Positions 13,187 through 26,462 of a stretch of DNA of 64,000 nt are shown here, in pieces. The notes beneath the pieces were generated by a model. It did not search any database, had not been told where the DNA came from, and saw nothing but the letters and a program-made list of their open reading frames with translations. The stretch spans positions 26,040,001-26,104,000 of the forward strand of contig OZ024742.1 of NCBI GenBank assembly GCA_964016885.1, given 5' to 3'. Each line of letters starts with the position of its first letter. Position 1 is the stretch's first letter. Position numbers and translations under genes: made by a program. This stretch comes from Eledone cirrhosa (taxonomy: Eukaryota).

Positions 13187-13373
13187 CATGCTCATTCACC
13201 CCCAGACATAATACATACACGTGCACTCATATACACAGGTGCGTTTGTTTTTATTGGCAGCATGATACTTCCAAATTATAACAATATCTTTTTCAACACG
13301 TTTCCAGATAAGAAATCTTGCAAAACAAATTCAAAAACGAAATACATATATGAATATATATATATCACGATTG

Positions 13374-13545
13374 CTCTATCTCAAAATTATTTTTGAAAAG
13401 CATTAGAAATGCGCAACCGGTAAAAACTTAGAACTAAAACTGAATACTAACCAATACTTATTACTAATTTATACTTATTCCTAATTAAACTATTTTATAA
13501 CTGGGAACAATTTGTCAGCATTTTCTTTTCCTTTTTACTAATATA
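13374..13545 (+). mobile_element. Family N element with an HHR-like variant, copy 1
   Basis: Homologous to 32572-32748; TTT-TTGAAAA-GCAT..ATGC-GCAA-CCGG-TA-AAA. Confidence 0.65.
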
Positions 13546-13570
13546 TCACAACTCGTGTGTCAAACCTCAA

Positions 13571-13607
<37 letters not shown>

Positions 13608-13611
<4 letters not shown>

Positions 13612-13803
13612 AACAGGTATGTCCCCGACGGCAGAGCTCAAGCCGTTTCGACGGCTATTTCTAGACTCCAGAAATAGACGTCGAAATGGCTTCAGCTCTG
13701 CCGTCGGGGTCATATTTGTTCCTATTACCCACTCCACTACCCTAAGTATTGAGTACTTTGGTGCGTTATGGTCCATCTGGTTCCTTACCACAATTCCTTC
13801 GTT
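13608..13803 (+). mobile_element. Family A mini-element, copy 4
   Basis: Palindrome centred at ~13665; (TA)n on both sides. Confidence 0.9.
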
Positions 13804-13897
13804 ATATATATATATATATATATTATATATCGGTAGTTTAATAAATGAGAACAAAAAACAGAGGCAGTACAAATGATATTAGTATTAGTTTCACGCT

Positions 13898-13963
<66 letters not shown>

Positions 13964-14977
13964 CGCGCGCGTGTGTGTAAAGCTGTTAAAACAGCTTAAT
14001 GTCAAAGACAGTGATCGGCGAAAATATCTCAGAGATCAGAAACCAGCGGCCAGTTGTCGGCAGTGAGACAATCCATAATGTGCGTGATAGTCGAATGAAA
14101 TATAGAAACACATTGAAAGACGAGGATGACAAGGACAAGTGCACTGCTGCACAGAAGAAACTGGAAGACGGCAATAAAAAAAAGCGATGTACAAGAGAAT
14201 TTCACAAACACATACATCTTCTCTGCATTAAATCCGGCCCTGGGTAACAGGCATGACAGATTGGTAGAGCATCGCACATATGCGTGACCCTGTTTGTTCT
14301 GAATGTTTAGGTTCTGATTTCATAAAGTGCCAGTCAAACACTAGGGTTAATTTAATCAATTTTTCATTTTCCCTTAAATTCCCTGGTCTAGAACTTCTAA
14401 ACTAGAAACCATTTTATGTGAGATGAGGATCCTAATTATGACGTCATATCTCTCTCATTGGTATTTGATGCCACTAGCTTTACATCTCATCCGAGAAATC
14501 ATGTTTCTTTCAACAATCCGGAAATAAATGATCTCACAGTTGATATCTCATATCAGTTGTGTTATAGGATATCATATTCCAATGTGTTGTGTATCGTATC
14601 ATGTTTTAGATTTAAAATTAATTTCGTGACAACTCTCTTAATGTTTCTCCTATTTAGGAGGAATGTTATAAATAATAATAATGTTGTGCTACCGCCTCTT
14701 GTTTTTATTATTCTATATAGTGTGCTTATTTTGTTTAGTTTTGTGTGATGGAAAATGGTGCAATGAAATTCGTCTTGTAAATACACCGACAAACGGTGGT
14801 GACGTGTGATAATTGCATGTACAATGTTAAATTTACAAATTTACATGGTCTTTAATTTTTACTCGTTTAATTTGGAAGCGACATATTACACTACTTGAGC
14901 ACACACACTCACACACATACATATATATAGAAAAACAAAATGTATATATATATATTTATATATATGCATGTATATAT

Positions 14978-15046
<69 letters not shown>

Positions 15047-15109
15047 ATATATATATATGTGTGTGTGTATGTGTGTATATAGATCTGTATATATATATAT
15101 ATATATATA

Positions 15110-15960
15110 GGCAGCAGAAATTTGAAGTATATATTTATCTTAACCTCTCCTTATATTCAGTAGGTTATTACATAGTCTGACTGACCCCAAAGTCACCAAC
15201 AAGTCACACAGTAAAATCCTAAAAGAATCTCTCTTCGTATGTCAACAACACACCACGTTTCTCAATATTGAAACATATATTACAGCATGGTCTAAAATAT
15301 AGTCATACCAGAATGGCTACTCGAAAAAAATACCGAAATAAAAACTGGTCTGAGAAAGAAATAAACCTTCAAATAAATGCATGGTACTACCTTATCCAAA
15401 CGGAAAACAAGGTACTTCATGTCTGAACGAAATTGCCAAGCAGACAGTACAGCAGATTCAAAACAAACGAAAACAAATTGAAGTTGCATTTAAATTAATT
15501 AACGTACATACTGATAAATTAAAATGTGTTTTTTTCTTCAAACATTGTTCAAGAACAACCACAAGAAATTCAGCAACAACAAGTATCTTTAAATATTGGT
15601 CACTCTGTACAACAACAGCTTCAATCACTCCTCAATGGATGACCTACTAAATGAAACCATCAACCTTGAAGATCCCAGCTACTCACAGCCGGAAACAGAA
15701 CAAATCACTTCCTCTAAATGTCACCAATAACTTCACCAAATGCTAAAACATGAAATCCAAAAATCTGCCGCTATTCTCAGCGAGACAGATTATGTCTGCA
15801 GTGTATCCTTTTATCCATCTTCAGGGTATTCGTCGCGTAAACAAAAATTAAAATAATAATCTCAACCAATAGAAAACCCACAACTACAGTCACTTACAAT
15901 TCCTTAAACAGGAAACGCCTTTTTCAGTCACAATAAATTTGGCAAAAGAACTACAATTAT
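15110..15960 (+). mobile_element. TA-flanked, degenerate, A-rich coding-like remnant, possibly a PLE 5' region
   Basis: Broken frames HTTFL...HGLKY...AWYYLIQTENKVL resemble the HxxFL...PKGL...W N-terminal region of some PLEs; the match is weak. Confidence 0.3.
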
Positions 15961-15961
15961 C

Positions 15962-16004
<43 letters not shown>

Positions 16005-16946
16005 TTGCGAGGTTTTTTATATGAAATCGTGTGTCGAAACAAATATTGTTATACTTGGGGAGGGTCATATTTGTGTAATATTGCCAGAATTAATAACAGA
16101 ACACACTCACTGTTTGGTTGGTTTTCGCTTCTCGCTGTCTTTTATATCGGTAATCTAACTTACTCGGTCCTCAATGTTGCCATTGACTGACCGACGGTCA
16201 AAAATAATACAGATACAATATAGACTAAAACACATATATATATAGTTTATCATAAATCTTTCGTTGCATATCTGCAACATCGTCAGTGGTGTTATATTTT
16301 CCTCCTTGTGTGTTGTATGTCTACGCCATTTTTATTCGGTCTGTCTATATATTTATTTATTTATTTGCTTGTTTGTTTATTTTATTTCGTCTTCTTTGCG
16401 CATGCGTTTGCGTGTGTGTATAGTGTTATGTTTGCTGTGTGATGGGTGACTAGTGTGTGTTTATGTGCTTGTTGTTATTGTGCTTGTGTTTGTATTTATT
16501 TATTTATTTATCTTATTTTATTTACTTATTTATACTTCTCTTAGGTCAGTGTTGTTTGTTTGGGTGTATTTGTTATTCCATTCATTCTTTCTGTTTAGCT
16601 TTGGTCTTCTAATTTCTATTTCACTGGCCTCTCTGATTTGCCTATCTGTTGGGTCATTTCTATGTTTAGATATCTTTTCTAATTTCTATGTTGTCTATGT
16701 TACCGTCATGTTGTTGTCTAGCATGTTCGTATATTACTGACCCGTTTTTCGTCCTTTTAGTTACCCCCCAGTGTTGGTCTATTCCATGATTTGCTCCTGT
16801 ATAATGGGCAAATTCCTTTCATGTCCAGTTCTATGAGGGTCTTATACTTTCCATGGCTCCTTCGTATACTCTGACTCTGTCTCTTAGGTTGTAGCCAGAA
16901 AACTGCATGCGGTTGATGAAGTGTTGGATGTGTCTTTCCAAAGGGC

Positions 16947-18225
16947 CACATATTTAAGTTCAATGAGAAAATCTACACCCTAAATGAGGGAGCAGCCATC
17001 GGCGTCAACATAGCTGGTGATGTTTCCAACCTTTTCATGGTATGGTGGGAAAGGAGACTTAAAGATCTCCTTAATGAAAGCTCCATAGACCTCATCATGT
17101 ACTTTCGTTATGTAGAGGATATCAATATAGTTATAAGAACACCCCCACTAGAGAGCACTAACAAGTTTGATTTTGAACGTAGCACGATGGAAAGCATCCA
17201 GCAGATAGCTAATTCCATACACCAGAGTATAACTGTATCTATCGACTTCCCTTCCAAACACGCTAACAATATACTACCTGTATTAGACACTGAACTCTGG
17301 ATTAACACTATAGACGAGAGAGCCCAAATTCTCCACTCACACTATGCTAAACCCATGGCCTCCAAATACCTGATACTCAAAAACTCAGCAATGTCCAGTA
17401 GTGCTAAGTTTAATATTCTGATCGCAGATTTGGTACGAGTGATGAAGAATGTGTCCCGCATGTGCGACCCAACAGAAATGGAAAGACACATCCAACACTT
17501 CATCAACCGCATGCAGTTCTCTGGCTACAACCAAAGAGACAGAGTCAGAGTATACGAAGGAGCCATGGAAAAGTATAAGACCCTCATAGATCTGGACATG
17601 AAAGGAATTTGCCCATTATACAGGAGCAAATCATGGAATAGCTTAGATAGGGCTAGACATAAGATAGGGAAAGCCACCTCATGGTACGATAACCAGAGAT
17701 ACCAGAGTGTCATGGTTGTGGACGCCACCCGTGGAGGGAAATTAGCTAACCAGTGTAGAAAGGCCCTGAGAAAGACCCACTTAAAAATAAAGGTGGTAGA
17801 AAAGACAGGAACCACCATAAAATCCTTGATCAGCAAAACCTACCCTTTTAAGAAAACCCACTGTACCAATAGGAAATGTATCATATGTAAGGTGAACCCC
17901 CGGATAAACTGTAAAACTAGAAACGTAGTCTATAGCATAAGATGTACAGAGGGTACTTGCAGAAACATGACAACAACATACATAGGTGAGACAGCTCGTA
18001 GCATAGGTGAAAGGATAGACCAACACTGGGAGGAACTAAAAGGACGAAAAAACGGGTCAGTAATATACGAACATGCTAGACAACAACATGAAGGTAACAT
18101 AGACAACATAGAAATTAGAATAATATCTAAACATAGAAATGACCCAGCAGATAGGCAAATCAGAGAGGCCAGTGAAATAGAAATTAGAAGACCAAAGCTA
18201 AACAGATAGAATGAATGGAATAACA
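16947..18225 (+). pseudogene. PLE reverse transcriptase C-terminal half plus GIY-YIG endonuclease
   Basis: FKFNEKIY...GAAIG...FMVWW, YFRYVED (YVDD mutated), PVLD, Cys linker C-x4-CxxC...C, NVVY...YIGETARS..ER..QH...EA.EI...LNR*NEW. Confidence 0.93.
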
Positions 18226-18502
18226 ACAACACCCAAACAAACAACACTGACCTAAGAGAAATATAAATAAGTAAATAAAATAAGATAAATAAATAAATAA
18301 ATACATACACAAGCACAATAACAACAAGCACATAAACACACACTAGTCACCCATCACACAGCAAACATAACACTATACACACACGCAAACGCATGCGCAA
18401 AGAAGACGAAATAAAAAAAACAAACAAGCAAATAAATAAATAAATACATAGACAGACTGAATAAAAATGGCGTAGACATACAACACAACAGGAGGAAAAT
18501 AT

Positions 18503-18566
18503 AACACCACTGACGATGTTGCAGATATGCAACGAAAGATTTATGATAAACTATATATATGTGTTT
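18503..18566 (+). ncRNA. HHR-like core in the family E 3' region (mirror at ~16230-16292)
   Basis: CTGACGA-T-GTTGCA-gata-TGCAAC-GAAA is clear, but stems I and III pair poorly. Confidence 0.4.
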
Positions 18567-18767
18567 TAGTCTATATTGTATCTGTATTATTTTTGACCGT
18601 CGGTCAGTCAATGGCAACATTGAGGACAGAGTAAGTTAGATTACCGATATAAAAGACAGCGAGAAGCGAAAACCAACCAAACAGTGAGTGTGTTCTGTTA
18701 TTAATTCTGACAATATTACACAAATATGACCCTCCCCAAGTATAACAATATATATATATATATATAT

Positions 18768-19029
18768 ATTAGAAAGTAAGGTTTCTTTTACAAAATGAAA
18801 AATAACCGAGGTGTTCTACGAGTGAAAGTATAAGGAAAGAAGATGAAATCGAAAATGCAACTGGAGTCTTTTTTTTTTTAAATATATATTTATTTGGCTC
18901 CTTTACCGGTTTCGCACTTCTTCTGCTTTTGAAAAGCAGAAGAACTGCGAAACTGGTAAAGGAACCAAATAAATATATATTTAAAAAAAAAAGACTCCAG
19001 TTGCATTTTCGATTTCATCTTTGTTCCCT
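18768..19029 (-). mobile_element. Family D fold-back mini-element
   Basis: Palindrome centred at ~18930 (ttcttctgctttt g aaaagcagaagaa), followed by C-GAAA-CYGG-TA-AAGGA (HHR 3' half); unpaired tail 18768-18830; TA-flanked. Confidence 0.85.
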
Positions 19030-19157
19030 ATATATATATATATATTTTAGCCATCACCCAACATCACCCTCCACTACCACCCCACTGCACAAACTCCCAT
19101 TGCTGCCATGAACCCTCCCCCCCCAAAAATCAATTAAACTCAGCCACCACTCTCGCC

Positions 19158-20075
19158 GCAACATTTTTGCTTAATACTCAAGGTATCAGCCTTTCGACCA
19201 ATGCTCAAAAATGGAAGATGAAATTTCTTGAAGATTGGGCTGATGACCATCCTAACCACATCCTTACTTCGTCCTCACCGAAACCGATCTCAATCCCCTA
19301 TACTGGAAGCCGAGGTGAAATGAAAAATGTCAAAGCTACTCGTGCAGATCGTGCAGGCAGAAGAAAGGGCGGGACTGCCATTTTTGTACACGATTCTTTT
19401 TCGGCAGATGATAAAATCATATTTTCCAATGGATACTGTGAAGCAGTCACTGTGTACAGTAAAACCAACAGCGTGATAGTAGTTGGGCTCTATAGGCCAT
19501 CCCAAACGCCTCTAACATGCTTTAAAGAATGTCTCAACAGCATAAAGTCTTTCATCCAACAGTGTCACCCTGGCAACATCTAATTAATGGGGGACTTCAA
19601 CCTCCCCAGTGTTGACTGGTTCACAAACAACTTAATACCAGATGTTTTCACCCCAACCCCTGACAAGGTGGCAGTAGAGTTGACTTCATGAATAAGTTTT
19701 TCCTGTCCCAAAATATGCTCGAACCAACAAGTGCTACAAAAAAGTCTTGGACCTAATGTTCAGTAACCACACTGGCACAATCCACAATATTGCAGTGGGA
19801 AAAAGTCTACTCTCAGAACATGACATGGTTCTTAGTGATCTGAGATTCCAACGTCCAAAAAACAAACCCAATAACATCCCTCCAGTTCATTCATTTGAAA
19901 ACTTGGATCTTCATAATGCAAACCCTGAAGCGATCAATCAGGATCTGGCACATGTCGATTGGTCATTCGCGCAAACTCACCCACCCACTAACATCAAAAA
20001 TTCCTGGCAGACATTTGTAGACACTGCAACAAATATATTTGCAAAACATACCCCTTTAAGATTTGTAAACAAATC
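19158..20075 (+). pseudogene. APE endonuclease fragment of a CR1/L2-type LINE
   Basis: LNTQG...RADR.GRRKGGTAIFV...GLYRP...MGDFNLPSVDW...LDLMFSN...LSEH; contains stops and frameshifts. Confidence 0.85.
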
Positions 20076-20123
20076 TAAGTGCAGTTGTTTTTTTGGTTAA
20101 TTCTTTTCATTTATCTGATAAAT

Positions 20124-20240
<117 letters not shown>

Positions 20241-21835
20241 CTACTCATACATGTACATCATGCGCACACTTACAGAAATATATACATACATATATGTATA
20301 TACACACGTGTCTCTGTGTATGCGTGATTTTATGTGTGTTGTATTTCATATTGGGTCATAAGCACTCTATTCACCGACTTGTCTTAAGTGGTGATTACAC
20401 GAGGAAACCTCTTAAATACCAATTTCATTTGGTGTCGTCATAAATTGTATTTTGTAATTATTTCCTGGAAAATTCTGGCATTTATCATCCATATTTCTAG
20501 AAGAGTTCCATATTTTAAGCTCACCGTTTCTAATCTGTTTAACATTGCATTACTAATATATTATTCAATAGAATCCATATAACATATAGGTGAGCTGCAG
20601 GTATTTACTATCATTTTGAACATTGTACAATCCCGAAATACAATGGCTGCTGAAAAGAGTCACATATTCTTATAACGCCATGTACGACAGATGAAATTCT
20701 GATTTATTCCAACTAAACGGTTGGTTAAAGAAAATATAATAGAATCGTTGTTCAATTATTGCGTGGGAAACGTCATCACATAATGAAACGTATGTTACTA
20801 AAGTCTTTGAATGTAGTTTCTTACAATAAGTTGTTTGAAAGAAGGTTTGCTTTTTTTTATTTTGTAAACTATGAAGGCAGTCGTCCGATATAGAGCATAT
20901 GTGAGTTCAATTCACACAGGCGCTTCAATCCATTTCATCAATCCCTTCCGGCTTTTGTCTACCTACCTTGTATGACTTACTTCATAGTAAAATAACCCTA
21001 CATCATAGCACAATTTCAAACCACGTTAAATAATTTCAAAAGATCAAAAATTCTGCAACGCTTATTAAATATGATTGTTTCTGTATTCTATAGAATCTCA
21101 ATATTTGTAACCATGTTACTTGTTGTTGTTGGATTCGTTTATTGCGATGTCTGAGACAGTGTCAGTATATCGCATCTGCCAACCTCCAAAACCCCAATTG
21201 GGGAGTACCATGGGAAATGGCCCCAAAATGAAAGCTATACCTATTTTCACAAGAGAAGACACCTCTCACCCACTCCACAGTGGAAGGTAGATCTCCCCAC
21301 TGGAAGGGGAGATTTGACAGGTCTGGTATATTCTTTTGTCGCCCTCACATTACCAGAGTTGATAAAGTGGTGCAATTAAGGGAAAATCTTAGGCGGAGCA
21401 AGTCTCCAGAACGTGAAAGTTCCTGTAAGTGAAGTGAACAGTATAACCTGAAAGAGGATTATAAACAGTAATAGTGACGACTGAATGGCTTTTAATATCG
21501 ATGTGTTTTATAGAGAACTACTTCAAGTCATTGGCGTTTTCTGATTGTGCTATTATGTCCTTTTCGAATTATGTTGAGTCGATGAGGCAACAATAAAGAA
21601 GTTTATGAATAATACATATGTAATTGGACAGAAGGTGACAACATATATTCTGAGGGGGCCTGACAATTAGATCGTTCTATTAAATTGGTGGGTAAAATAG
21701 TTAAAATTATGTTACCCCATAATGGAGTTGTAAGGGCACAGAAGTGATACATGATGGCGTATATTAGTAATTTTGAACCTGATGGAAAGCATCCCGCTCC
21801 AGGTCAAAATGCAGCTGATTTTTTCGGGAGAGGGT

Positions 21836-21918
<83 letters not shown>

Positions 21919-21964
21919 ACAGACAGACAGAGACAGAGACAGAGAGGGAGAGAAAGAGAGAGAG
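21836..21964. repeat. (GA)n microsatellite
   Basis: Direct observation. Confidence 0.95.
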
Positions 21965-22189
21965 ATGATTATGATGATTCCAGTTCAGCGAAGGGTAATA
22001 TTTAGATCGTGAGGTTGAACAGCAAACAATGTCCATATTGGGAATACTTTTCTATATACATCGGTTGGCTTTGAATGTTCCATGATGTTAATATAACTGA
22101 CCAAACTGAGGCTGTGGTTTCATACAGACAATGATCGTCTTACCACAGCACTTTTTCTCACCTGCTGCCCTTCTATAACCATATTTTAA

Positions 22190-22284
22190 TACTTTGCCTT
22201 TCATACTTACGGGATCGATAAACTAAAGAACCAGTAATACACTGAAATAATTGCTCGCCTTGTACTAAAAAGTAGAAACAATTA
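22190..22284 (+). mobile_element. SINE 3' half
   Basis: actttgccttttcatacttacgggatcgataaactaaagaaccag...gccttgtactaaaaagtagaaac. Confidence 0.7.
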
Positions 22285-22362
22285 TATACATATATATAAA
22301 TATATATATATGTATATTCGGTTAGCTTTCCCCTGTTTGTTTACTTGTCTCACTCGCTTTAC

Positions 22363-22534
22363 GCGTTTTAATTGTCCTAATAACTTATTTTAGTTATTAT
22401 TGCACCAACGTGAGGTATATGATTTTTAATGCAATAAAATACCAATGACCTTTGGCAAATCACTGATGAGGGACTCATTTTATAACATGTTATCCATGTG
22501 CAACCATGCAGTATTCTTCTCCCCATATTTTTCA
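22363..22534 (+). mobile_element. TA-anchored element tail, family H, copy 1
   Basis: Homologous to 54267-54436; both end tctccccat..ttca(TA)n. Confidence 0.75.
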
Positions 22535-22564
22535 TATATATATATATATATATATAGATATATA

Positions 22565-22889
22565 TAAGAACACAAGATGGTTAAAAGAGTTCCATGTATT
22601 TTATTATGAGCATTTCAAAAACAAATATCATCATGGGATGATATTTGCGTTCTCATCAGATAAAAAACGGACACATGATATGAAGCTTAAAAAACACTTG
22701 CGAGCAGTGAATTGTTAAATCAACATATGCTGATGTTTGTTTTGAAATGCGCATAATAAAATACATGGAACTCTTTTAACCATATTTTGTTCTTATATTA
22801 TTTATACTCCAGTCCTATAAACTGTGGAGTGCTACTTATCCGATATTTGCTTTGCTTTATTGTGCTACAATAAAACTCACCTTCTACAT
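22565..22889 (+). mobile_element. Family C fold-back element
   Basis: Arms 22565-22627 and 22733-22796; tail with ACTCCA...TGGAGTGCT; ends aactcaccttctaca(TA)n. Confidence 0.85.
22599..22665 (-). ncRNA. Type I HHR motif
   Basis: TTTTAT-CTGATGA-GAA.GCAAATATCATC-ccat-GATGATATTTGT.TTT-GAAA-TGC(T/G)CA-TA-ATAAAA; stem III is the palindrome ATGCGCAT in the other arm. Confidence 0.8.
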
Positions 22890-22922
22890 ATATATATATA
22901 TATGAATATATAAAATGTAGAG

Positions 22923-22967
<45 letters not shown>

Positions 22968-23021
22968 AGAGTTATACACTCATAATAATACGTTAGTTTA
23001 CCTACTCTCATAGATAGTCTC

Positions 23022-23110
23022 ATCTCCCGCTGAGGACTGCGTCCGGGTTATCTGTTACAAACACAACTTTTCAGGGCGAAACAGATCAATCTCTAATCTG
23101 AGCGGGAGAT
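23022..23110 (+). ncRNA. Degenerate HHR motif in a TA-flanked element (~22961-23245)
   Basis: ATCTCCCG-CTGAGGA...GGGC-GAAA-CAGAT..ATCTG-AG-CGGGAGAT; the UH cleavage dinucleotide is absent. Confidence 0.5.
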
Positions 23111-23242
23111 AATAGTTATTGAAACGGTCAGTACATTTTAATTTCATCTTGTATTTTCCATTTGATTCAGAGTTTATATTCGTCAAACCAACGTGGTCTT
23201 ACTACCCTAGTAATTCTAACCACACTATTTACTGTGTTTATT

Positions 23243-23301
<59 letters not shown>

Positions 23302-23613
23302 CTGAGGACAGCATGTATATGTGAGGATATGTATATTTCCTCTGATAATTTGTAATAGTTTTACATAGATCTATATGATATACATACCAACAAACATATA
23401 AAATCCAGAGACGATCGTAATATGATGAATTTTTTAATATAAGGAACTTGTTCATTGTTGTTATTTCATTGTTTTTATTAATTTATCTTGACTCTGTTTT
23501 CCTATGATTTTTATCGAACATTTTTGAATGCATTTTCTCTTTTCATGATATTTGGATTACGTTGAGTTCTCCATACAGATTGGACACTACCGTATATTTT
23601 GGTAGATTTATCT

Positions 23614-23713
<100 letters not shown>

Positions 23714-23714
23714 T

Positions 23715-23772
23715 ATAAGATCAAAAAATGGTTAAACTATCGTTAAACGATGGTTAAAACTCACCTCCTACA
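23715..23772 (+). mobile_element. Minimal family C copy (both ends only)
   Basis: taagatcaaaaaatggttaaa matches the C short-arm end; aaaactcacctcctaca matches the C terminus. Confidence 0.65.
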
Positions 23773-23800
23773 AAATATATACATATATATATATATCTTT

Positions 23801-23858
<58 letters not shown>

Positions 23859-24089
23859 AAGAGAGACTTAGCCCCTGAGGGTGTCTTAAGGTTACCGTCT
23901 TCACACACGGCAGATTTTGTGGTGTGTAAAACCTGATGGGGTCTATCCCTCTCCACAGAAAGAAAGAGAGAGAGAAAAAGAGATTGAGTGTGTCCTTTGT
24001 CACCTGAGTAAAAGTTAAGAGTGTCGTCTTGTCGCATAATTGAATTTGGGCAACTAAAATCTAACAGAACCCAGCCCTCTACAGGGTAG

Positions 24090-24255
24090 GAAAGAGAGAG
24101 AGTGAAATCGATCCCAGTACCGGATTGATACATTATTTATCCACCTTGAGACGATGCAATGTAAAGTGACCATCTAAGGTATTTGAAACCAAAGAATAAT
24201 GAGCCGGATCAAATATCGTGGTTTATTTAATCCGACTCTGCCAATAAATCACTGA
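24090..24255 (-). mobile_element. Degenerate SINE
   Basis: atcgatcccagtac...ttatttatccacc...gatgcaatgtaaagtgacc...atttgaa...ctgccaat. Confidence 0.5.
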
Positions 24256-24871
24256 TTTATAGTGATGTCACCAACCGTGGATCATTCAGATGATTCGTAG
24301 AGCGTGAGTCAAATGAGAGAAAAGAATAATGATAGTTCAAAATATCAAACGTTAGCAATATATTATATGAAGAAATACATGTGAATTATGGAGTTGTGTG
24401 TATGTATGTTATGTGTATGTATCATGATAGTGTATATATGTAAGTATGTATTTGGTGGTATATATTATATAATATATATATATTAAATTGTTATATATGA
24501 TGATAATGTAATATGTATGTATATACAGGGAGGGTTATTTGGGGATTGTAGTTGGTGTATAAAGTATAATGATGTGAATTTGTAAAGTCGAGCTAAATTA
24601 GTATATGCACGCGCGCGGACACGCAACAGCCCACTTACATATTCACACACACACACACACATACAAATACACACACACACATATATATATAAATATACAT
24701 ACATATAAATATGCATATATATAAATATACATGTATATAAATATGCATATATATAAGCTTATATATATATATAAATATATATATGCATATATATAAGAAT
24801 ATATGGATTTATATATATATATATATATATAACCTTATATATATGCATATTTATATACATACACACACATA

Positions 24872-24988
<117 letters not shown>

Positions 24989-25886
24989 ATGTGTGTGTGC
25001 CGTGTGTGTTTGTGGTATGTGTGTAAGCAGGTATATATACGTGACTGAATATGTGCGAACGTAGTGTGTAGAATATATGAATAGCAAGTTTGAGCAATGA
25101 TTTAGTGAATGGTTTAGCTGTGTAGATAATTATGGGCCATGAACTGCAAACCTGCAAATAATTAGCTCTTATCTACTATCACAAATGTTATTGAATCCTC
25201 TTATCTATCACAATTGTTATTAAATCTCTGTTCAGTGTAATGTCAAATGTGACTGCAGAAGCAAGTATACCAATAGTTTTCATACATAACTTACCTCTCT
25301 CTCACTCTCGCCAATATTATACAGCCTACAGTGGATAGAAATGAGCGGAAGAGATAAATTATTGTACTACCTGTGCAGAGGTCGTAAGTTCATGTCCGTT
25401 ACAGAGGATCTTCCTGCTTCTGCACAGAATATATTGTTCTATATTTCCTAGTTGCAAATTGTCAATTCGTAAGCCTGATCGATGAAGTAACATTTGGATT
25501 TTTTTGTTGATTTGCTTTACAAATACCATCATGGTCATCTTTACATTTCATCTTATCGAGGTTGACTAAATAAAGTACTAGTTTAGGGAACCAGAGTGGT
25601 GTGTATGTTAGAGCGTTACACGAGATACATTGCAGTATAATATCTGATTCTTTGTGCTCCGAGTTCCAAACACTCTATGGTCTACTTGAGTGATAAATTT
25701 AATTAATCTCCCAATTTAACACCATTCCAATGAATGCATTTAGCCTAAAATCAACTCCTTCTCAAGCATTCGGTCCTTGTGTTTGGCTTGAGAATGCAAG
25801 TAGTCCTCTCTATAGTTTAATACAGAAAGGATTTGCAGGTAAACAGTTTCATTGTGAAACACTCGTGCGCGCACACAACCATCCAT

Positions 25887-26006
<120 letters not shown>

Positions 26007-26008
26007 AT

Positions 26009-26209
26009 AACAAAGGAAATGTTGTAAGGAAACAGATGGCCCATAACGCACCAGAGTACTCAATATTTAGGGTAGTAGAGTGGGTAATAGGAAAATGTTT
26101 AACCCCGACGGCAGAGCTGAGGCCGTTTCGACGGCTATTTCTGGAAAAGAAATAGCCAGAAATAGTAGTCGAAACGACGTGAGCTCTGCCGTCGGGGTTA
26201 AACATTTTC
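26009..26209 (-). mobile_element. Family A mini-element, copy 5
   Basis: Palindrome centred at ~26150 with a small duplication at the axis; TA-flanked. Confidence 0.9.
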
Positions 26210-26239
26210 ATATATATATATATTGATATATATATATTC

Positions 26240-26273
<34 letters not shown>

Positions 26274-26284
26274 TTTTTTTAATA

Positions 26285-26395
26285 TAGATGAGATTCTACA
26301 GGACTAGAACTGTTTCATTCTTTAGAAATCATCAGGATGCTATGTATTGAGTACCTTACTTACTGTGGTTACTTCCGATTAAACCCGGAATAACG

Positions 26396-26397
<2 letters not shown>
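26285..26397. mobile_element. TA-flanked mini-element with an HHR on - (26293-26339) and a tail on +
   Basis: Minus: TC-CTGATGA-T-TTCT-aa-AGAA-T-GAAA-CAG..CTG-TA-GA. Plus: tattGAGTACC tail motif, then (TA)n. Confidence 0.6.

Positions 26398-26462
<65 letters not shown>

Larger units (their letters stand above)
16001..18750 (+). mobile_element. 5'-truncated Penelope-like element with an inverted 3' arm (family E)
   Basis: Body 16941-18750 (+). 16044-16940 is an inverted copy of 18013-18750 joined to 17480-17640. Extra 43-nt tail at 16001-16043; (TA)n on both sides. Confidence 0.95.

Noticed and set aside
13990-14200. Charged 82-aa ORF, possibly a transposase C-terminus
   Set aside because: No diagnostic motif; cannot be supported without a search.
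22417-22476. CTGATGA with a TGATTT/AAATCA stem in family H (also at ~54365)
   Set aside because: No GAAA in a compatible position in either copy, so no HHR can be built.
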